Source: an uncultured SAR86 cluster bacterium (GTDB taxonomy: Bacteria; Pseudomonadota; Gammaproteobacteria; Magnimaribacterales; AG-339-G14). From it: a DNA stretch of 64,000 bases. A program made the position numbers and the translations under genes. Positions 9,061 to 22,159 of the stretch are shown here, piece after piece. The notes beneath the pieces are model-generated. The model saw only the letters and a program-made list of their open reading frames with translations, had not been told where the DNA came from and did not search any database. Position 1 is the first letter of the stretch; the number at the start of each line of letters is the position of its first letter. The DNA lies in NCBI GenBank assembly GCA_902526045.1, contig CABZJI010000001.1:395900-459899 (forward strand). Reading direction: 5' to 3'.

Positions 9061-10254
9061 ATGGCTAAAGAAAAATTTGAAAGAACCAAGCCCCACGTTA
9101 ACGTGGGAACCATCGGTCATGTTGATCATGGAAAAACTACCCTGACAGCTGCCTTAACAAAAGTTTGTGCAGAAACTCATGGATCAGGTGAAGCAGTAGC
9201 TTTTGATGGTATAGACAATGCTCCTGAAGAAAAAGAAAGAGGTATTACCATAGCGACTTCTCATGTTGAATATGATTCTCCAGCTAGACACTATGCGCAC
9301 GTGGACTGTCCTGGACACGCTGATTACGTAAAAAACATGATTACTGGAGCAGCTCAAATGGATGGAGCTATATTAGTGGTGAATGCTGCAGATGGACCTA
9401 TGCCTCAGACAAGGGAACATATACTTCTGGCTAGGCAAGTAGGCGTTGAACATATTGTTGTCTTTCTAAACAAAGCTGATCAAGTGGATGACGCAGAGTT
9501 AATTGAACTAGTGGAAGTTGAAATTAGAGATCTTTTAAATGAATACGATTTCCCTGGAGACGATACTCCAATAACAATTGGATCTGCATTAAAAGCTTTA
9601 GAAGGCGATGAAGGTGAGCACGGGAAAGAGGCTATTCTAAAATTAGTAGAGTCATTGGATGCTCATATTCCTGAGCCTGTAAGAGACCTAGATAAGCCAT
9701 TCTTAATGCCTATAGAAGATATTTTCTCGATTCAAGGAAGGGGAACTGTAGTTACAGGAAGAATTGAAAGAGGTATGGTTTCTGTGAACGATGAAATGGA
9801 GATTGTCGGTATTAAGGACACAGAAAAAACTACTTGCACCGGTGTGGAGATGTTCAGAAAACTTCTTGATGAAGGTCGTGCCGGTGAAAATGTCGGTGTA
9901 CTTCTTAGAGGTACGAAAAGAGAAGAGGTTGAAAGAGGTCAGGTTCTTTCAAAGCCAGGTTCAATTACACCTCATACAAAATTTGAAGCACAAGTTTATG
10001 TCTTAAATAAAGAAGAAGGTGGTAGACACACACCTTTTTTCAAAGGTTATAGACCACAATTTTATGTAAGAACTACCGATGTAACTGGTGAAGTCATTCT
10101 TCCAGATGGAGTTGAGATGGTCATGCCTGGTGATGATGTGGCAATAAATGTTGAGCTGATATCACCAATCGCAATGGAAGAAGGAATGCGTTTTGCTATC
10201 AGAGAAGGTGGAAGAACTGTCGGTTCCGGAGTAGTATCCAAGATCGTTCAATAG
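9061..10254 (+). CDS. tuf: Elongation factor Tu
   Basis: [46 protein letters not shown]. Confidence 0.99.
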   Translation: MAKEKFERTKPHVNVGTIGHVDHGKTTLTAALTKVCAETHGSGEAVAFDGIDNAPEEKERGITIATSHVEYDSPARHYAHVDCPGHADYVKNMITGAAQMDGAILVVNAADGPMPQTREHILLARQVGVEHIVVFLNKADQVDDAELIELVEVEIRDLLNEYDFPGDDTPITIGSALKALEGDEGEHGKEAILKLVESLDAHIPEPVRDLDKPFLMPIEDIFSIQGRGTVVTGRIERGMVSVNDEMEIVGIKDTEKTTCTGVEMFRKLLDEGRAGENVGVLLRGTKREEVERGQVLSKPGSITPHTKFEAQVYVLNKEEGGRHTPFFKGYRPQFYVRTTDVTGEVILPDGVEMVMPGDDVAINVELISPIAMEEGMRFAIREGGRTVGSGVVSKIVQ

Positions 10255-10328
10255 GCCAGTAGCTCAATTGGTAGAGCGGCGGTCTCCAAAACCGCAGGTT
10301 GGGGGTTCGATTCCCTCCTGGCCTGCCA
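10253..10328 (+). tRNA. tRNA-Trp(CCA), overlapping the tuf stop codon by 2 nt
   Basis: AGGCCAG/CTGGCCT 7-bp acceptor stem, GCGGT-CTCCAAA-ACCGC anticodon arm, discriminator G plus CCA, 76 nt. Confidence 0.97.
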
Positions 10329-10354
10329 CGGAAATGGATATAAGATAGAACAAT

Positions 10355-10702
10355 ATGACTTCAGTTAGCAGTAAAATTTTATGGATCCTCGGGTCAGCAG
10401 TTATTTTGGTTGCTGTTTGGGGTAATTCTTTTTATTCAGAAGTAGCTTTACTGTACAGAACGTTGATTGTGATTGCCTTGCTAATCCTTGGACTAGGAAT
10501 TATTAGATTCACAATCTTTGGAAATTCTGCATACAACCTAATCATTACCTCGTTAACAGAAGTAAGAAAGGTAGTTTGGCCGAATAGATCTGAGACCACA
10601 CAAACGACACTTATAGTCTTAGCAGCAGTTATCGTTGCATCACTTATATTGTGGGGCCTGGACTCTCTTTTTTCTTTTGGATTAAATTTATTATTAAGGT
10701 AA
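10355..10702 (+). CDS. secE: Preprotein translocase subunit SecE
   Basis: EVRKVVWPNRSETTQTT motif, hydrophobic segments, upstream of nusG. Confidence 0.96.
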   Translation: MTSVSSKILWILGSAVILVAVWGNSFYSEVALLYRTLIVIALLILGLGIIRFTIFGNSAYNLIITSLTEVRKVVWPNRSETTQTTLIVLAAVIVASLILWGLDSLFSFGLNLLLR

Positions 10703-10704
10703 AA

Positions 10705-11238
10705 ATGTCAAAATCTTGGTATGTTCTCAATTCTTACTCCGGTTATGAAAATAAGGCTAAAGAACAGCTTGTTGAAAGAATAACTCTCCATGGTATGGAA
10801 GACTTTTTTGGAAAGATAGAAGTTCCTGCCGAAGAAATAACTGAGATGAAAGCAGGAAAAGAAAAAACTATTCAAAAGAAATTTTTCCCAGGATATATTT
10901 TAGTCGAAATGGAAATGAATGATGATACTTGGCATTTAGTTAAAGAAACTCCAAGGGTTCTGGGATTTATAGGAGGCACCAAAACAAACCCGAGACCTAT
11001 ATCAGAAAACGAAGCTAACAGAATTTTGAATCAAATTGAATCTGGAGTTGAAACATCCTCACAACAAAATATCTACGAGGCAGGAGAAATGATCAGAGTT
11101 ATTGATGGACCTTTTAATGATTTTAGTGGTGTGATTGAAGAGGTTGATCCAGAAAAAGGAAAGGTTAAAGTAGCAGTAATGATTTTTGGAAGATCAACTC
11201 CAGTGGAGTTAGATTTCAATCAAATTGAGAGGGCATAA
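10705..11238 (+). CDS. nusG: Transcription elongation factor NusG (start corrected to ATG 10705)
   Basis: [46 protein letters not shown]. Confidence 0.98.
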   Translation: MSKSWYVLNSYSGYENKAKEQLVERITLHGMEDFFGKIEVPAEEITEMKAGKEKTIQKKFFPGYILVEMEMNDDTWHLVKETPRVLGFIGGTKTNPRPISENEANRILNQIESGVETSSQQNIYEAGEMIRVIDGPFNDFSGVIEEVDPEKGKVKVAVMIFGRSTPVELDFNQIERA

Positions 11239-11669
11239 TGGCAGATAAGAAGATCGACACCTATATAAAACTTCAAGTACCTGCTGGAGCTGCCTCTCCT
11301 AGTCCTCCTGTTGGACCGGCTTTGGGTCAACACGGTGTTAATCTTATGGACTTTTGTAATGCATTCAATTCTAAAACCAATGATATGGAAAAGAATGTTC
11401 CTGTTCCTGTTGTAATTACAGTTTACGAAGATAAAAGTTTTGATTTTATTGTAAAGACAACTCCTGCGAGCATTCTTTTAAAAAAGGCTGCTGGACTTGA
11501 TAAAGGAAGCCCGACACCTAATTCTTTAAAGGTAGGAAAAGTAACTATTGCTCAAGTAGAGGAAATAGCTCAAAAGAAGATGCAAGACCTTAATGCTGCT
11601 GATATGAATGCCGCAGTAAAAATCATTTCTGGAAGTGCAAGAAGTATGGGAATAGAGGTAATAGATTAA
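11238..11669 (+). CDS. rplK: 50S ribosomal protein L11
   Basis: [23 protein letters not shown]. Confidence 0.99.
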   Translation: MADKKIDTYIKLQVPAGAASPSPPVGPALGQHGVNLMDFCNAFNSKTNDMEKNVPVPVVITVYEDKSFDFIVKTTPASILLKKAAGLDKGSPTPNSLKVGKVTIAQVEEIAQKKMQDLNAADMNAAVKIISGSARSMGIEVID

Positions 11670-12364
11670 TGGTTAAAACATCAAAAAAGATTAATCTTTT
11701 AAGAGAAAAGTTAGACAGAGCAGCCGCTTATAATTTTGAAGAAGCTTTAGATATCCTTTTTAAACATAAATCTGAAAAATTCACTGAGGCAGTAGATGTG
11801 AGCATTAATTTAGGTGTAGATCCATCAAAGTCAGACCAAAATGTTAGAGGGGCATCTAATCTTCCCCATGGCACTGGTCGATCTTACAAAGTAGCTGTTT
11901 TTGCAGAGGGTGATGATGCTAAAAGTGCTCTTGAAGCTGGAGCTGATAAGGTAGGCATGGAAGAACTCGCTGATGAAATGAAATCTGGGGAAATAGACTA
12001 TGATGTTATTGTTGCTACTCCTGATACTATGAAAATTGTTAGTCCTTTGGGTCAGATCCTTGGACCTAAAGGTTTAATGCCAAATCCTAAGTCTGAAACT
12101 GTGACAAAGGATGTTTCTAGTGCAGTAAAGAATGCCAAGGCAGGTCAAGTTAGATTTAAATCTGATAAGCAAGGAATAGTTCATTGCAGGATAGGTCAAA
12201 TAACTCAAAGTAAAGAAGAAATTAAAAACAACTTGCAATATTTTTTAGCAGATTTAAAAAAATCAAAACCGCCTTCGTCTAAAGGAGTTTTCATTTCAAA
12301 AGTTTCAATGTCATCAACTATGGGACCTGGATTAGAAATTGACATTTCCTCTCTCAATTTCTGA
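11669..12364 (+). CDS. rplA: 50S ribosomal protein L1
   Basis: DQNVRGASNLPHGTG, LGPKGLMPNPK, SSTMGPG. Confidence 0.99.
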   Translation: MVKTSKKINLLREKLDRAAAYNFEEALDILFKHKSEKFTEAVDVSINLGVDPSKSDQNVRGASNLPHGTGRSYKVAVFAEGDDAKSALEAGADKVGMEELADEMKSGEIDYDVIVATPDTMKIVSPLGQILGPKGLMPNPKSETVTKDVSSAVKNAKAGQVRFKSDKQGIVHCRIGQITQSKEEIKNNLQYFLADLKKSKPPSSKGVFISKVSMSSTMGPGLEIDISSLNF

Positions 12365-12427
12365 TTTTTTCCTGTATGATGCGCGGTCTAGAATATTTAA
12401 ATAAGCATTTGCGTTTTCGCGATTGTC

Positions 12428-12484
12428 TTAGACCGCATGTGTTTTTTGGTAATTGCCACAAAAACTTAATTACATGCGTAGATG
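12428..12484 (+). promoter_or_regulatory. L10 leader (L10-L12 binding autoregulatory RNA)
   Basis: AGACCGCATGT...CTTAA..ACATGCGTAGA reproduces the AGAC-helix-UAGA kink-turn architecture of rplJ leaders, upstream of rplJ. Confidence 0.75.
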
Positions 12485-12545
12485 TACCAGGTTTTACAAG
12501 TCCTGGTTGGAGGTTCTCTCACTTTAGAAAAGAGAGGTTTATTTA

Positions 12546-13064
12546 ATGCCGCGTTTAGAAGAAAAGAAATTAGTCGTAGATGAGTTAAAAAAGGTAGCTG
12601 ATGAGGCCTTATCAGCCGTTGTCGTTGATTATAGAGGTACTAATGTTCCTGACTTAACTCTTTTAAGAAAAGATGCTTCATCTAGTTCTGTATATTTAAG
12701 AGTAATAAAAAATACTCTGGCTAAAAGAGCGTTGGAAGGAACTAAATTTAATTCAATCAATGAAGTTCTTAGTGGACCTAGTTTATTTGCTTTTTCTCTT
12801 GATGACTTTAAAAGCGCTGCAAAACTCGTAAAAGATTTCTCAAAATCTCATGAGTCATTTAGCGTGAAAGGCTTGTCAGTTGGCGAAGGACTTTTAGATG
12901 CTAGTGAACTAGATAGACTAGCTTCATTGCCTTCAAAGGAAGAAGCAATTTCTATGTTAATGAGCGTACTTAAAAGTCCAATTTCAAAATTTGCAGGTGG
13001 ATTGCACAATGTGCCGTCAAATTTTGTAAGAACTTTTGATGCGATAAAAGAAGCAAAATCTTAA
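12546..13064 (+). CDS. rplJ: 50S ribosomal protein L10
   Basis: VVDYRGT.V..LT.LRK, VIKNTLAKRALEGT, LASLPSKEE. Confidence 0.98.
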   Translation: MPRLEEKKLVVDELKKVADEALSAVVVDYRGTNVPDLTLLRKDASSSSVYLRVIKNTLAKRALEGTKFNSINEVLSGPSLFAFSLDDFKSAAKLVKDFSKSHESFSVKGLSVGEGLLDASELDRLASLPSKEEAISMLMSVLKSPISKFAGGLHNVPSNFVRTFDAIKEAKS

Positions 13065-13089
13065 TTCTAAACTTTAATAAGGAGTAGTA

Positions 13090-13473
13090 ATGGCACTATC
13101 AAAAGAAGAAATATTAGATGCAATATCCGACATGAGTGTGATGGATATGGTTGATTTAATAAAACTTATGGAAGATAAATTTGGAGTCACTGCCGCAGCA
13201 CCTGTAGCTGCAGTTGCAGCAGCTCCAGTAGGAGCTGAGGCTGGTGAAGCTGCAGAAGAAAAATCAGAGTTTGAGATTTTTCTTGCTGAAGTTGGTGATA
13301 AAAAAATTGATGTAATTAAAGTTGTAAGGACCATAACTGGTCTGGGATTAAAAGAAGCAAAAGCTCTTGTTGATGGGGCGCCTTCATCTTTAAAAGAGGG
13401 GGCTAATAAAGATGAAGCTGAGCAAGCTAAATCTCAATTAGAAGAAGCTGGAGCCGCTGTCGAACTTAAATAA
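13090..13473 (+). CDS. rplL: 50S ribosomal protein L7/L12
   Basis: [30 protein letters not shown]. Confidence 0.99.
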   Translation: MALSKEEILDAISDMSVMDMVDLIKLMEDKFGVTAAAPVAAVAAAPVGAEAGEAAEEKSEFEIFLAEVGDKKIDVIKVVRTITGLGLKEAKALVDGAPSSLKEGANKDEAEQAKSQLEEAGAAVELK

Positions 13474-13494
13474 CTTTAAATACATATAATTTTT

Positions 13495-16400
13495 ATGCCA
13501 AATAAATATAGTTTTGCCGAAAAGAAAAGAATAAGAAATAGTTTTGAAAAAATTTCAAGTGTCATGGATTTTCCTGACATTCTTGAAGTTCAAACAAACT
13601 CTTACAAGGAGTTTTTACAATCTCACCTTTCTCCAGAAGAAAGGCAAAATCAGGGCCTTCATGGAGTATTTAACTCTATCTTCCCTATCATCAGTGTCTC
13701 GGGTAATGCAAAAATTGAATATCTCGGCTATGAGCTTGATGAGCCTGAATTCGATGTAAGCGAATGTATTGCCAGAGGTACTACATATGAATCAACAATG
13801 AGAATCATATGCAGGATTTCTTTCTTAGACAAAGCTACTGGAGAGGAAATTCTAAAATCTGCTCGTGAAGAGAAGGTTTATATGGGAACCATACCTTTAA
13901 TGACAACCTATGGAACGTTTGTTATCAATGGTGTTGAAAGAGTAGTAGTTTCTCAATTACATAGATCTCCTGGCTTAATTTTTGATCATGACAAAGGAAA
14001 AACTCATTCTTCTGGAAAACTGCTTTACGCCTCAAGGGTAATTCCTTATAGAGGATCTTGGTTGGACTTTGAATTTGATCATAAAGATCTTGTTTACATA
14101 AGAATAGATAGAAGAAGAAAGCTCTTAGCTTCGATCTTGCTTAAGGCTCTTGGAATGGCTAATCAAGAGATACTAGAAACGTTTTATGAATCGGAGACTT
14201 ATTCTGTAACTCCACAAGGATTCTCTCTTAAGATCAACTCAAGGAGACTGATGGGAAGAATATCCCCAATTGAAATAAAGGCTAAGGATGGCAAGGAAAC
14301 GATAGTTGAAAAAGGACAAAGAATTACTGCAAGACATATAAGGCTAATTGATTCCAATAAAATTAAAACAATAACTTTAGATTCTGATGGCTTAGATGGA
14401 TTAATCACTGCTGAGGACATTATTAACAAAGAAACTGGAGAGCTTCTTATATCTTGTAACTCTGTCATTGACGAAACAATCGTCAAAGCTATTCAAGATA
14501 AGAAACTAAAAGAAATTAAAGTTCTATATATTAATGAGCTTGAATCAGGACCCTATATTTCAGAAACCTTGAGATCTGATACTACCGCTTCTCAATTAGA
14601 AGCTTTAGCAGAGATCTACAGAATGATGAGGCCTGGAGAGCCTCCAACTAAAGAGGCAGCAACAAACCTTTTTGAAAATTTATTTTTCAATTCAGAAAAG
14701 TACGATTTATCTGATGTTGGAAGAATGAAATTCAATCGTCGCTTGGGAAGAGAAGATCTCAAAGGGTCAGGTATTTTGAGCAAAGAGGATATTATTGATG
14801 TTACAAAAACTCTCGTCGACATAAGGAATGGAAAACAAGACTGCGACGATATTGATCATCTGGGAAATAGAAGAATAAGATCAGTCGGTGAAATGGTATC
14901 TAATCAGGTGAGAGTTGGCCTTCTTAGAGTCGAAAGAGCTGTGAGAGAAAGATTAAATGTCGCTGAAGCTGAAGGTTTTGGACCAGCAGATTTGATAAAT
15001 GCTAAGCCGGTTACTGCAGCAATAAATGAATTTTTTGGATCAAGTCAACTTTCGCAGTTCATGGATCAAAATAATCCTCTTGCAGCAATTACACACAAAA
15101 GAAGAGTTTCAGCATTAGGGCCAGGTGGTTTGACAAGAGAAAGAGCTGGCTTTGAAGTGAGAGATGTTCACCCCAGTCATTATGGGAGAGTATGTCCAAT
15201 AGAAACTCCCGAAGGACCTAATATTGGTTTAATAAATTCTTTATCAGTATTTGCAAAGGTCAATGATTTTGGATTCATTGAAACGCCATATAGACAAGTC
15301 ATTAATGGGAAAGTGACAGAAGATATCAAATATATTTCTGCAATAGAGGAAGGTGAATTCGTTATTGCTCAAGCAAGTGCAATGCTCGATAAAAATAATA
15401 AATTTATAGATGAGCTCGTTCCTGTCCGATTTAAAAATGAATTTGAGCTTATGTCAGCAGATAGAGTTGAGCTTATGGATGTTTCTCCTCAACAGGTAGT
15501 ATCCATAGCAGCTTCTCTTATTCCATTTCTAGAGCATGATGATGCAAATAGGGCATTGATGGGCTCTAACATGATGAGACAGGCAGTTCCTACTTTAAAA
15601 ACAGAGGCTCCTCTAGTTGGAACTGGAATGGAAAGATTAATTGCTAAAGATTCAGGTGACTGTGTTATTGCAGAGAATAAAGGTACCGTAGAAAAAGTAG
15701 ATTCAGGAAGAATAGTGGTTAGAAAAGATATGAAAGAAATCTCTTCAACTAACTCTGCAGTAGATATTTACAATCTCACAAAATACACAAGGTCTAATCA
15801 AAATACATGCATGAACCAAAAACCGATAGTTAAAGTTGGAGACAAAGTTGCTAAAGGGGATATTTTGGCTGATGGCTCTTCTATTGACCTAGGAGAATTG
15901 GCACTTGGCCAGAATATTAAAATTGCATTTATGCCTTGGCATGGATATAACTTTGAAGACTCAATCCTAATCTCCGATAAACTAGTAAAAGAAGACAAGC
16001 TTACAAGTATTCATATTCAAGAACTAACTTGTACAGCAAGAGATACAAAATTAGGTCCAGATGAAATCACAGCTGATATTCCAAATGTAGGCGAGTCAGC
16101 TCTGGGAAAACTTGATGAGTGCGGGGTCGTTTACATTGGGGCACAAGTAAAAGCCGGAGATATTTTAGTTGGAAAAGTTACACCTAAAGGTGAAACACAA
16201 CTCTCACCCGAAGAGAAGCTTCTTAGAGCAATATTTGGAGAAAAGGCGGCAGATGTTAAGGATACCTCTTTAAGGGTTCCAAGCGGTGCTGATGGAACAG
16301 TGATAGATGTTCAAATATATACAAGAGAGGGATTAGAAAAGAATCCGAGAGCGTCTGTTATAGAATCTGTTTCCTTAGCTGAAATCCAAAAAGATCTCGA

Positions 16401-17574
16401 TGAGGAATTAGAGATTGTCACAAATGCAACAATAAATTCTTTAAGGTCTGTTTTGATAGGTCAAAAAGTCATCTCAGGAAGAGGTATATCTAAAGGAGAA
16501 ACCATATCTAAAGAGTTTCTAGATAAACTTGCCTCTGATGAATGGTTTAAGTTGAGAATGCAAAGTGAAGATATTAATAACCAATTAAAAGACTCTAAAG
16601 ATAACTTAAAGGCATATGAAAAAATGCTAAAAAGTAGATTTGAAGCTAAGAAAAAGAAAATCATTTCTGGGGATGATCTACCCCCTGGTGTTCAGCAAGT
16701 AATAAAAGTTTATTTAGCAATTAAGAGAAGAATTCAACCTGGTGATAAATTAGCCGGTAGACATGGCAACAAGGGCGTCATTTCAGTAATAATGCCAGTT
16801 GAAGATATGCCTTATGACGAAAATGGAGAACCTGTTGATCTAGTATTGAATCCATTAGGAGTTCCGTCAAGAATGAACGTTGGACAACTTCTCGAAGTAC
16901 ATCTTGGTTCTGCTGCAAAAGGGCTTGGAGATGAAATATCTAAGATGCTTGAAAATTATAAAGATCTGAAATCTCTTAGAGCTTACATAGATAAAATTTA
17001 TGTTAAATCAGGCATGAATCAGGATGTGAATTCTCTCAATGATAGTGAATTCTTAGAGCTTTGTAATAATCTTAAAAACGGTGTTCCTATGGCAACCCCA
17101 GTTTTTGATGGTGCAAAAGAGTCAGAAATTAAAGACATGTTGAAGTTAGCCAATCTTCCCGAAACTGGTCAAACAACTTTGTATGATGGTAGAACAGGAG
17201 ATAAATTCGATCGCCAAGTTACAGTTGGTTACATGTATATGCTTAAACTTAATCATCTAATTGAAGATAAAATGCATGCACGTTCTACTGGATCATATAG
17301 TCTAGTTACTCAGCAACCTCTTGGAGGAAAAGCGCAGTTTGGAGGACAGAGACTCGGAGAAATGGAAGTATGGGCTCTAGAAGCTTATGGAGCATCTCAC
17401 ACTCTTCAGGAAATGCTAACAGTCAAGTCTGATGATGTATATGGAAGAACCAAAATTTATAAAAATATAGTTGATGGCTCATACGAGATGGAAGCTGGTA
17501 TACCTGAGTCATATAACGTTCTAACAAAAGAAATCAGATCCTTAGCGATTGATATTGATTTTGAGGAGGTTTAA
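13495..17574 (+). CDS. rpoB: RNA polymerase beta subunit
   Basis: [46 protein letters not shown]. Confidence 0.99.
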   Translation: MPNKYSFAEKKRIRNSFEKISSVMDFPDILEVQTNSYKEFLQSHLSPEERQNQGLHGVFNSIFPIISVSGNAKIEYLGYELDEPEFDVSECIARGTTYESTMRIICRISFLDKATGEEILKSAREEKVYMGTIPLMTTYGTFVINGVERVVVSQLHRSPGLIFDHDKGKTHSSGKLLYASRVIPYRGSWLDFEFDHKDLVYIRIDRRRKLLASILLKALGMANQEILETFYESETYSVTPQGFSLKINSRRLMGRISPIEIKAKDGKETIVEKGQRITARHIRLIDSNKIKTITLDSDGLDGLITAEDIINKETGELLISCNSVIDETIVKAIQDKKLKEIKVLYINELESGPYISETLRSDTTASQLEALAEIYRMMRPGEPPTKEAATNLFENLFFNSEKYDLSDVGRMKFNRRLGREDLKGSGILSKEDIIDVTKTLVDIRNGKQDCDDIDHLGNRRIRSVGEMVSNQVRVGLLRVERAVRERLNVAEAEGFGPADLINAKPVTAAINEFFGSSQLSQFMDQNNPLAAITHKRRVSALGPGGLTRERAGFEVRDVHPSHYGRVCPIETPEGPNIGLINSLSVFAKVNDFGFIETPYRQVINGKVTEDIKYISAIEEGEFVIAQASAMLDKNNKFIDELVPVRFKNEFELMSADRVELMDVSPQQVVSIAASLIPFLEHDDANRALMGSNMMRQAVPTLKTEAPLVGTGMERLIAKDSGDCVIAENKGTVEKVDSGRIVVRKDMKEISSTNSAVDIYNLTKYTRSNQNTCMNQKPIVKVGDKVAKGDILADGSSIDLGELALGQNIKIAFMPWHGYNFEDSILISDKLVKEDKLTSIHIQELTCTARDTKLGPDEITADIPNVGESALGKLDECGVVYIGAQVKAGDILVGKVTPKGETQLSPEEKLLRAIFGEKAADVKDTSLRVPSGADGTVIDVQIYTREGLEKNPRASVIESVSLAEIQKDLDEELEIVTNATINSLRSVLIGQKVISGRGISKGETISKEFLDKLASDEWFKLRMQSEDINNQLKDSKDNLKAYEKMLKSRFEAKKKKIISGDDLPPGVQQVIKVYLAIKRRIQPGDKLAGRHGNKGVISVIMPVEDMPYDENGEPVDLVLNPLGVPSRMNVGQLLEVHLGSAAKGLGDEISKMLENYKDLKSLRAYIDKIYVKSGMNQDVNSLNDSEFLELCNNLKNGVPMATPVFDGAKESEIKDMLKLANLPETGQTTLYDGRTGDKFDRQVTVGYMYMLKLNHLIEDKMHARSTGSYSLVTQQPLGGKAQFGGQRLGEMEVWALEAYGASHTLQEMLTVKSDDVYGRTKIYKNIVDGSYEMEAGIPESYNVLTKEIRSLAIDIDFEEV

Positions 17575-17578
17575 CTGA

Positions 17579-20500
17579 ATGAAAGATTTATTAAAATTAT
17601 TTAATCAAGGCGAACAAGAAGAGTTTAATGCAATCAAAGCAGGACTTGCTTCTCCTCAACAAATCAGATCATGGTCTTTTGGAGAAGTAAAAAAGCCAGA
17701 AACAATAAACTATAGGACATTCAAACCTGAGAGAGACGGTCTATTTTGTGCAAAAATCTTTGGTCCTATAAAGGATTACGAATGTATTTGCGGAAAATAC
17801 AAGAGAATGAAACACAGGGGAGTTGTTTGCGAAAAATGTGGTGTTGAAGTTACTCTTGCGAAGGTAAGAAGAGAGAGGATGGGACACATTGAATTGGCCG
17901 CACCCGTTGCCCACATTTGGTTTCTAAAATCTTTACCCTCTCGAATTGCACTTCTTTTAGATATGACATTAAGAGAGTTAGAGAGAATTCTATATTTTGA
18001 ATCTTTTGTTGTCACTGATCCTGGAATGACTGATTTGGAGGCTTGTCAGATCCTGGATGAAGAGGAATATTACGAAGCTCTTGAAAATTATGGAGAAGAA
18101 TTTAAAGCCGGAATGGGTGCAGAAGCCGTCAAAATTTTACTTATGGAAATGGATTTAGAAGAGGAAATTTCTCTTATTGAACAGCAAATGACTGAGACCA
18201 AGTCTGAAGCAAAAATAAAAAAACTTTCAAAGAGGATGAAAATTATTAAATCATTCAATAATTCATCTAATAAGCCTGAATGGATGATTTTAGATGTTTT
18301 GCCTGTGCTTCCTCCTGACTTAAGACCCTTGGTGCCACTTGAAGGAGGCAGATTTGCTACTTCAGATCTTAATGACTTATATAGAAGAGTTATAAATAGG
18401 AATAATAGACTAAAAAGACTTATGGAACTCAATGCTCCTGAAATTATTGTTAGGAACGAAAAAAGGATGCTACAAGAATCGGTAGATGCTCTCTTAGATA
18501 ATGGAAGAAGAGGAAGAGCAATAACTGGCTCAAATAAAAGACCTCTTAAATCTCTGGCCGACATGATAAAAGGTAAACAAGGAAGATTTAGACAAAATCT
18601 TTTAGGAAAAAGGGTAGATTATTCTGGGCGTTCAGTGATTGTGGTTGGACCAACTCTAAAATTGCATCAATGCGGATTACCAAAGAAAATGGCTCTCGAA
18701 CTTTTTAAGCCATTTGTATTCGGAAAACTTCAAAATCTTGAGCTAGCTACCACCATTAAAGGCGCAAAAAGAATGGTCGAGAGAGAAGAACCTGTTGTAT
18801 GGGATATATTAGCAGACGTTATTAAAGAACATCCCATTCTTCTAAATAGAGCGCCAACTCTCCACAGATTGGGCATTCAAGCTTTCGAACCTTTGTTGAT
18901 TGAAGGTAAAGCCATTCAATTACATCCTCTTGTTTGTAAAGCATATAATGCCGACTTTGATGGAGATCAAATGGCTGTTCACGTTCCTCTAACTTTAGAA
19001 TCTCAATTAGAATGCCGTGCATTGCTTATGGCTAGTAATAATATTCTTTCTCCATCTAATGGTAGGCCGATCATAGATCCGTCACAAGATGTTGTCTTAG
19101 GTATTTACTACATGACACGAGAAAAAGTTAATGCAAAAGGCGAGGGTTCTATATTCGCTGATGTTAAAGAAGTATCCAGAGCCTTTGAGACAGATGCTGT
19201 TGATCTACAGGCAATGGTGAAAGTAAGGATCAAAAACAAAGAGGGTCAAAATGAACTTAAAGATACTACCGTAGGAAGAGCTTTACTTTATCAAATATCT
19301 CCAGATGGTTTAAATTTTGAACATTTTAATAAGACTTTAACTAGTAAAGCTATTTCTGATCTAATTAATACCTGTTATCGAGATTGTGGTTTGAAAGATA
19401 CTGTAATTTTCGCGGATCAATTAATGTATCAAGGCTATGAATATTCTACTAAATCAGGCTCCTCAATTTGTGTAGACGATTGTTTGATACCAGATGATAA
19501 GGCTGAAATCATTGAGAAATCAGAACAAGAAGTAAAAGATATTGAAGCTCAATATTCATCCGGCTTGGTTACCCAGGGAGAAAAATATAATAAGGTCATT
19601 GATATCTGGTCTCGCGCTAATGAAAAAGTAGCAAACTCTCTTATGGATACTATATCTAAGGAGAAAGTAACTAATAAAGATGGAGAAGAAGTTGATCAGG
19701 ATTCTTTCAATTCTGTATATATGTATTTAGATTCTGGTGCTAGAAGTTCGCCAGCACAAGTTAGACAGCTTGCAGGTATGAGAGGCCTTATGGCCAAACC
19801 AGATGGCTCAATTATTGAAACTCCCATAACTGCAAATTTCAGAGAAGGATTAACTGTATTGCAATACTTTACATCCACTCATGGAGCTAGAAAAGGTTTA
19901 GCAGACACAGCTCTTAAAACTGCTAATTCTGGTTACTTGACAAGAAGACTTGTCGATGTTGCACAAGATTTAGTTGTCAGAGAAGTTGATTGTGAAACAG
20001 ACAGAGGCATTGAGATTAAATCAATTATTGAAGGAGGTGAAACTGTTCTTAAGCTTAAAGATAGAGTTTTAGGAAGAGTTACAGCAAAAGAAGTTGCATC
20101 ATCAGATGGATCTTTCAAGCTACCTGCAAATACAGTTATTGATGAGACCATAGCCCAAGAGTTAGGAAATCATTCTATTGATTCAATCTTTGTCAGATCA
20201 CCTATTACATGTGAGACATCTTTTGGAATATGTTCCATGTGTTACGGAAGAGACTTGGGAAGAGGGAATCTTGTAGATCCAGGCGAAGCGGTAGGCATTG
20301 TTGCGGCTCAATCAATTGGTGAGCCAGGCACACAACTGACTATGAGAACTTTCCATATTGGAGGTGCAGCCTCAAGATCCTCTGAAGAAGATAAGGTTCA
20401 AATAAAATACGATGGTAACGTTAGATATACAAACCTTAATTCATTAGTTAATAGAGAAAAGAAAAATGTATGTATTTCTAGATCTGCTGAAATATCTATA

Positions 20501-21727
20501 TCAGATGAAAATGGTCAGGAAAAAGAAAGATATAAGGTTCCTTATGGAGCAATTATTTCTGTTAAAGATGGATATCAAGCTAAAGCAGGAGATATAATTG
20601 CTTCTTGGGATCCACACACGAGACCAATAATTTCTGAAGTTGAAGGTAAAGTTAAACTATCTGATATGGAAGAGAGCATCACAGTTCGTACAATTCAAGA
20701 TGATTTAACCGGATTAAGCAGTACTCAAGTTTTGGATGTTTCTGAAAGATCTTCCTCTGGCAAGGAGCTCATTCCTTCTGTAAGTATCATTGATGAGAAA
20801 GGAAAGGAAGTTACCCTTCCAGGAGGAAAGCATGCTGCAGTTTATTCTCTTGAGGGTAATTCGATTCTTGGTCTAACAAATAATTCAAAAATAAAAGTTG
20901 GTGACGTTATAGCCCGTATTCCTAAAGAATCATCAAAAACCAGAGATATTACTGGTGGTCTTCCAAGAGTTGCAGATTTATTCGAAGCCAGAAAACCTAA
21001 AGAGGAAGCAATCCTAGCAGATATGTCTGGGGTAGTTTCTTGGGGTAAGGAAACAAAAGGTAAAAGAAGGTTAGTCATAACAAAAATGGATGGTAAGGAG
21101 GAAGTAACATCTGAGACACTTATTCCCAAAACAAGAAATATCAATGTTTTTGAAGGAGAGATGGTTAGCAAAGGGGATGTAGTAAGCGATGGCCCTTTAA
21201 GCCCTCATGATATTTTGGCTCTTAAAGGAGTTGAAGAGCTAACTGACTATGTTGTGAATGAAATACAAGATGTCTACAGACTCCAAGGAGTTGAAATATC
21301 CGATAAGCACATAGAAGTCATTCTCAGACAAATGCTCAGGAAAGTTGAAATCACAGACCCTGGCGACTCTGACTTTATCTTAGGAGAACAAGCAGAACTA
21401 TCTGCAGTTTCTGAAAAAAACAAAACTCTATCTGAAGATGGAAAAGCTTCAATTCAATTTAACAGAATTTTGCTTGGAATAACTAAGGCATCACTTGCTA
21501 CTGATTCTTTTGTATCAGCGGCGTCTTTCCAAGAAACAACTAGAGTTTTAACTGAAGCTGCCGTTACAGGCAAGATCGATAATCTTAGAGGACTCAAGGA
21601 AAATGTCATTATTGGAAAATTAATTCCAGCAGGTACCGGCTTTTATGCTGAAAAAGATGAAATCGAGTCCAGTTTAGAAATGGAGTTGGCAGAAGCTATG
21701 GAAGAAACAGAGGTTCCTGAAGAGTAA
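17579..21727 (+). CDS. rpoC: RNA polymerase beta' subunit
   Basis: NADFDGDQM catalytic motif, N-terminal Zn finger, TQLTMRTFH trigger loop. Confidence 0.99.
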   Translation: MKDLLKLFNQGEQEEFNAIKAGLASPQQIRSWSFGEVKKPETINYRTFKPERDGLFCAKIFGPIKDYECICGKYKRMKHRGVVCEKCGVEVTLAKVRRERMGHIELAAPVAHIWFLKSLPSRIALLLDMTLRELERILYFESFVVTDPGMTDLEACQILDEEEYYEALENYGEEFKAGMGAEAVKILLMEMDLEEEISLIEQQMTETKSEAKIKKLSKRMKIIKSFNNSSNKPEWMILDVLPVLPPDLRPLVPLEGGRFATSDLNDLYRRVINRNNRLKRLMELNAPEIIVRNEKRMLQESVDALLDNGRRGRAITGSNKRPLKSLADMIKGKQGRFRQNLLGKRVDYSGRSVIVVGPTLKLHQCGLPKKMALELFKPFVFGKLQNLELATTIKGAKRMVEREEPVVWDILADVIKEHPILLNRAPTLHRLGIQAFEPLLIEGKAIQLHPLVCKAYNADFDGDQMAVHVPLTLESQLECRALLMASNNILSPSNGRPIIDPSQDVVLGIYYMTREKVNAKGEGSIFADVKEVSRAFETDAVDLQAMVKVRIKNKEGQNELKDTTVGRALLYQISPDGLNFEHFNKTLTSKAISDLINTCYRDCGLKDTVIFADQLMYQGYEYSTKSGSSICVDDCLIPDDKAEIIEKSEQEVKDIEAQYSSGLVTQGEKYNKVIDIWSRANEKVANSLMDTISKEKVTNKDGEEVDQDSFNSVYMYLDSGARSSPAQVRQLAGMRGLMAKPDGSIIETPITANFREGLTVLQYFTSTHGARKGLADTALKTANSGYLTRRLVDVAQDLVVREVDCETDRGIEIKSIIEGGETVLKLKDRVLGRVTAKEVASSDGSFKLPANTVIDETIAQELGNHSIDSIFVRSPITCETSFGICSMCYGRDLGRGNLVDPGEAVGIVAAQSIGEPGTQLTMRTFHIGGAASRSSEEDKVQIKYDGNVRYTNLNSLVNREKKNVCISRSAEISISDENGQEKERYKVPYGAIISVKDGYQAKAGDIIASWDPHTRPIISEVEGKVKLSDMEESITVRTIQDDLTGLSSTQVLDVSERSSSGKELIPSVSIIDEKGKEVTLPGGKHAAVYSLEGNSILGLTNNSKIKVGDVIARIPKESSKTRDITGGLPRVADLFEARKPKEEAILADMSGVVSWGKETKGKRRLVITKMDGKEEVTSETLIPKTRNINVFEGEMVSKGDVVSDGPLSPHDILALKGVEELTDYVVNEIQDVYRLQGVEISDKHIEVILRQMLRKVEITDPGDSDFILGEQAELSAVSEKNKTLSEDGKASIQFNRILLGITKASLATDSFVSAASFQETTRVLTEAAVTGKIDNLRGLKENVIIGKLIPAGTGFYAEKDEIESSLEMELAEAMEETEVPEE

Positions 21728-21738
21728 TTAAATAATGT

Positions 21739-21767
21739 TTGACCTAGGCTATCATCAAATCTAAAAT
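21739..21767 (+). promoter_or_regulatory. sigma70 promoter of the str operon
   Basis: TTGACC-17 bp-TAAAAT, then CGCACACC; ATG only 11 nt after the -10. Confidence 0.7.
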
Positions 21768-21778
21768 CGCACACCAAA

Positions 21779-22150
21779 ATGGCTACTGTTAATCAATTAA
21801 TTAAAAAACCTAGAAAGAGCAAATCTGCAAAGTCAGATGTTCCTGCTTTAGATAGATGCCCACAGAGAAGAGGAGTTTGCACTCGTGTTTACACCACAAC
21901 GCCAAAGAAACCAAATTCTGCCCTCAGAAAAGTTTGTAAAGTTAGATTAACTTCCGGTTATGAAGTTATCTCCTACATTGGCGGTGAAGGTCATAATCTT
22001 CAAGAACACTCTGTAGTTCTTCTTAGAGGCGGAAGGGTGAAAGACCTTCCAGGCGTTCGTTATCATACCGTAAGGGGTACGCTTGACACATCTGGGGTCG
22101 ATGATCGAAAGCAAAGAAGATCTAAATATGGTTCAAAAAAACCTAAATAA
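21779..22150 (+). CDS. rpsL: 30S ribosomal protein S12
   Basis: [34 protein letters not shown]. Confidence 0.99.
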   Translation: MATVNQLIKKPRKSKSAKSDVPALDRCPQRRGVCTRVYTTTPKKPNSALRKVCKVRLTSGYEVISYIGGEGHNLQEHSVVLLRGGRVKDLPGVRYHTVRGTLDTSGVDDRKQRRSKYGSKKPK

Positions 22151-22159
22151 CTTATAAAT

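Noticed and set aside
13485-13490. TATAAT just before rpoB
   Set aside because: Only 4 nt from the ATG, too close for a start at or before the ATG; no -35; plausible by chance in AT-rich DNA
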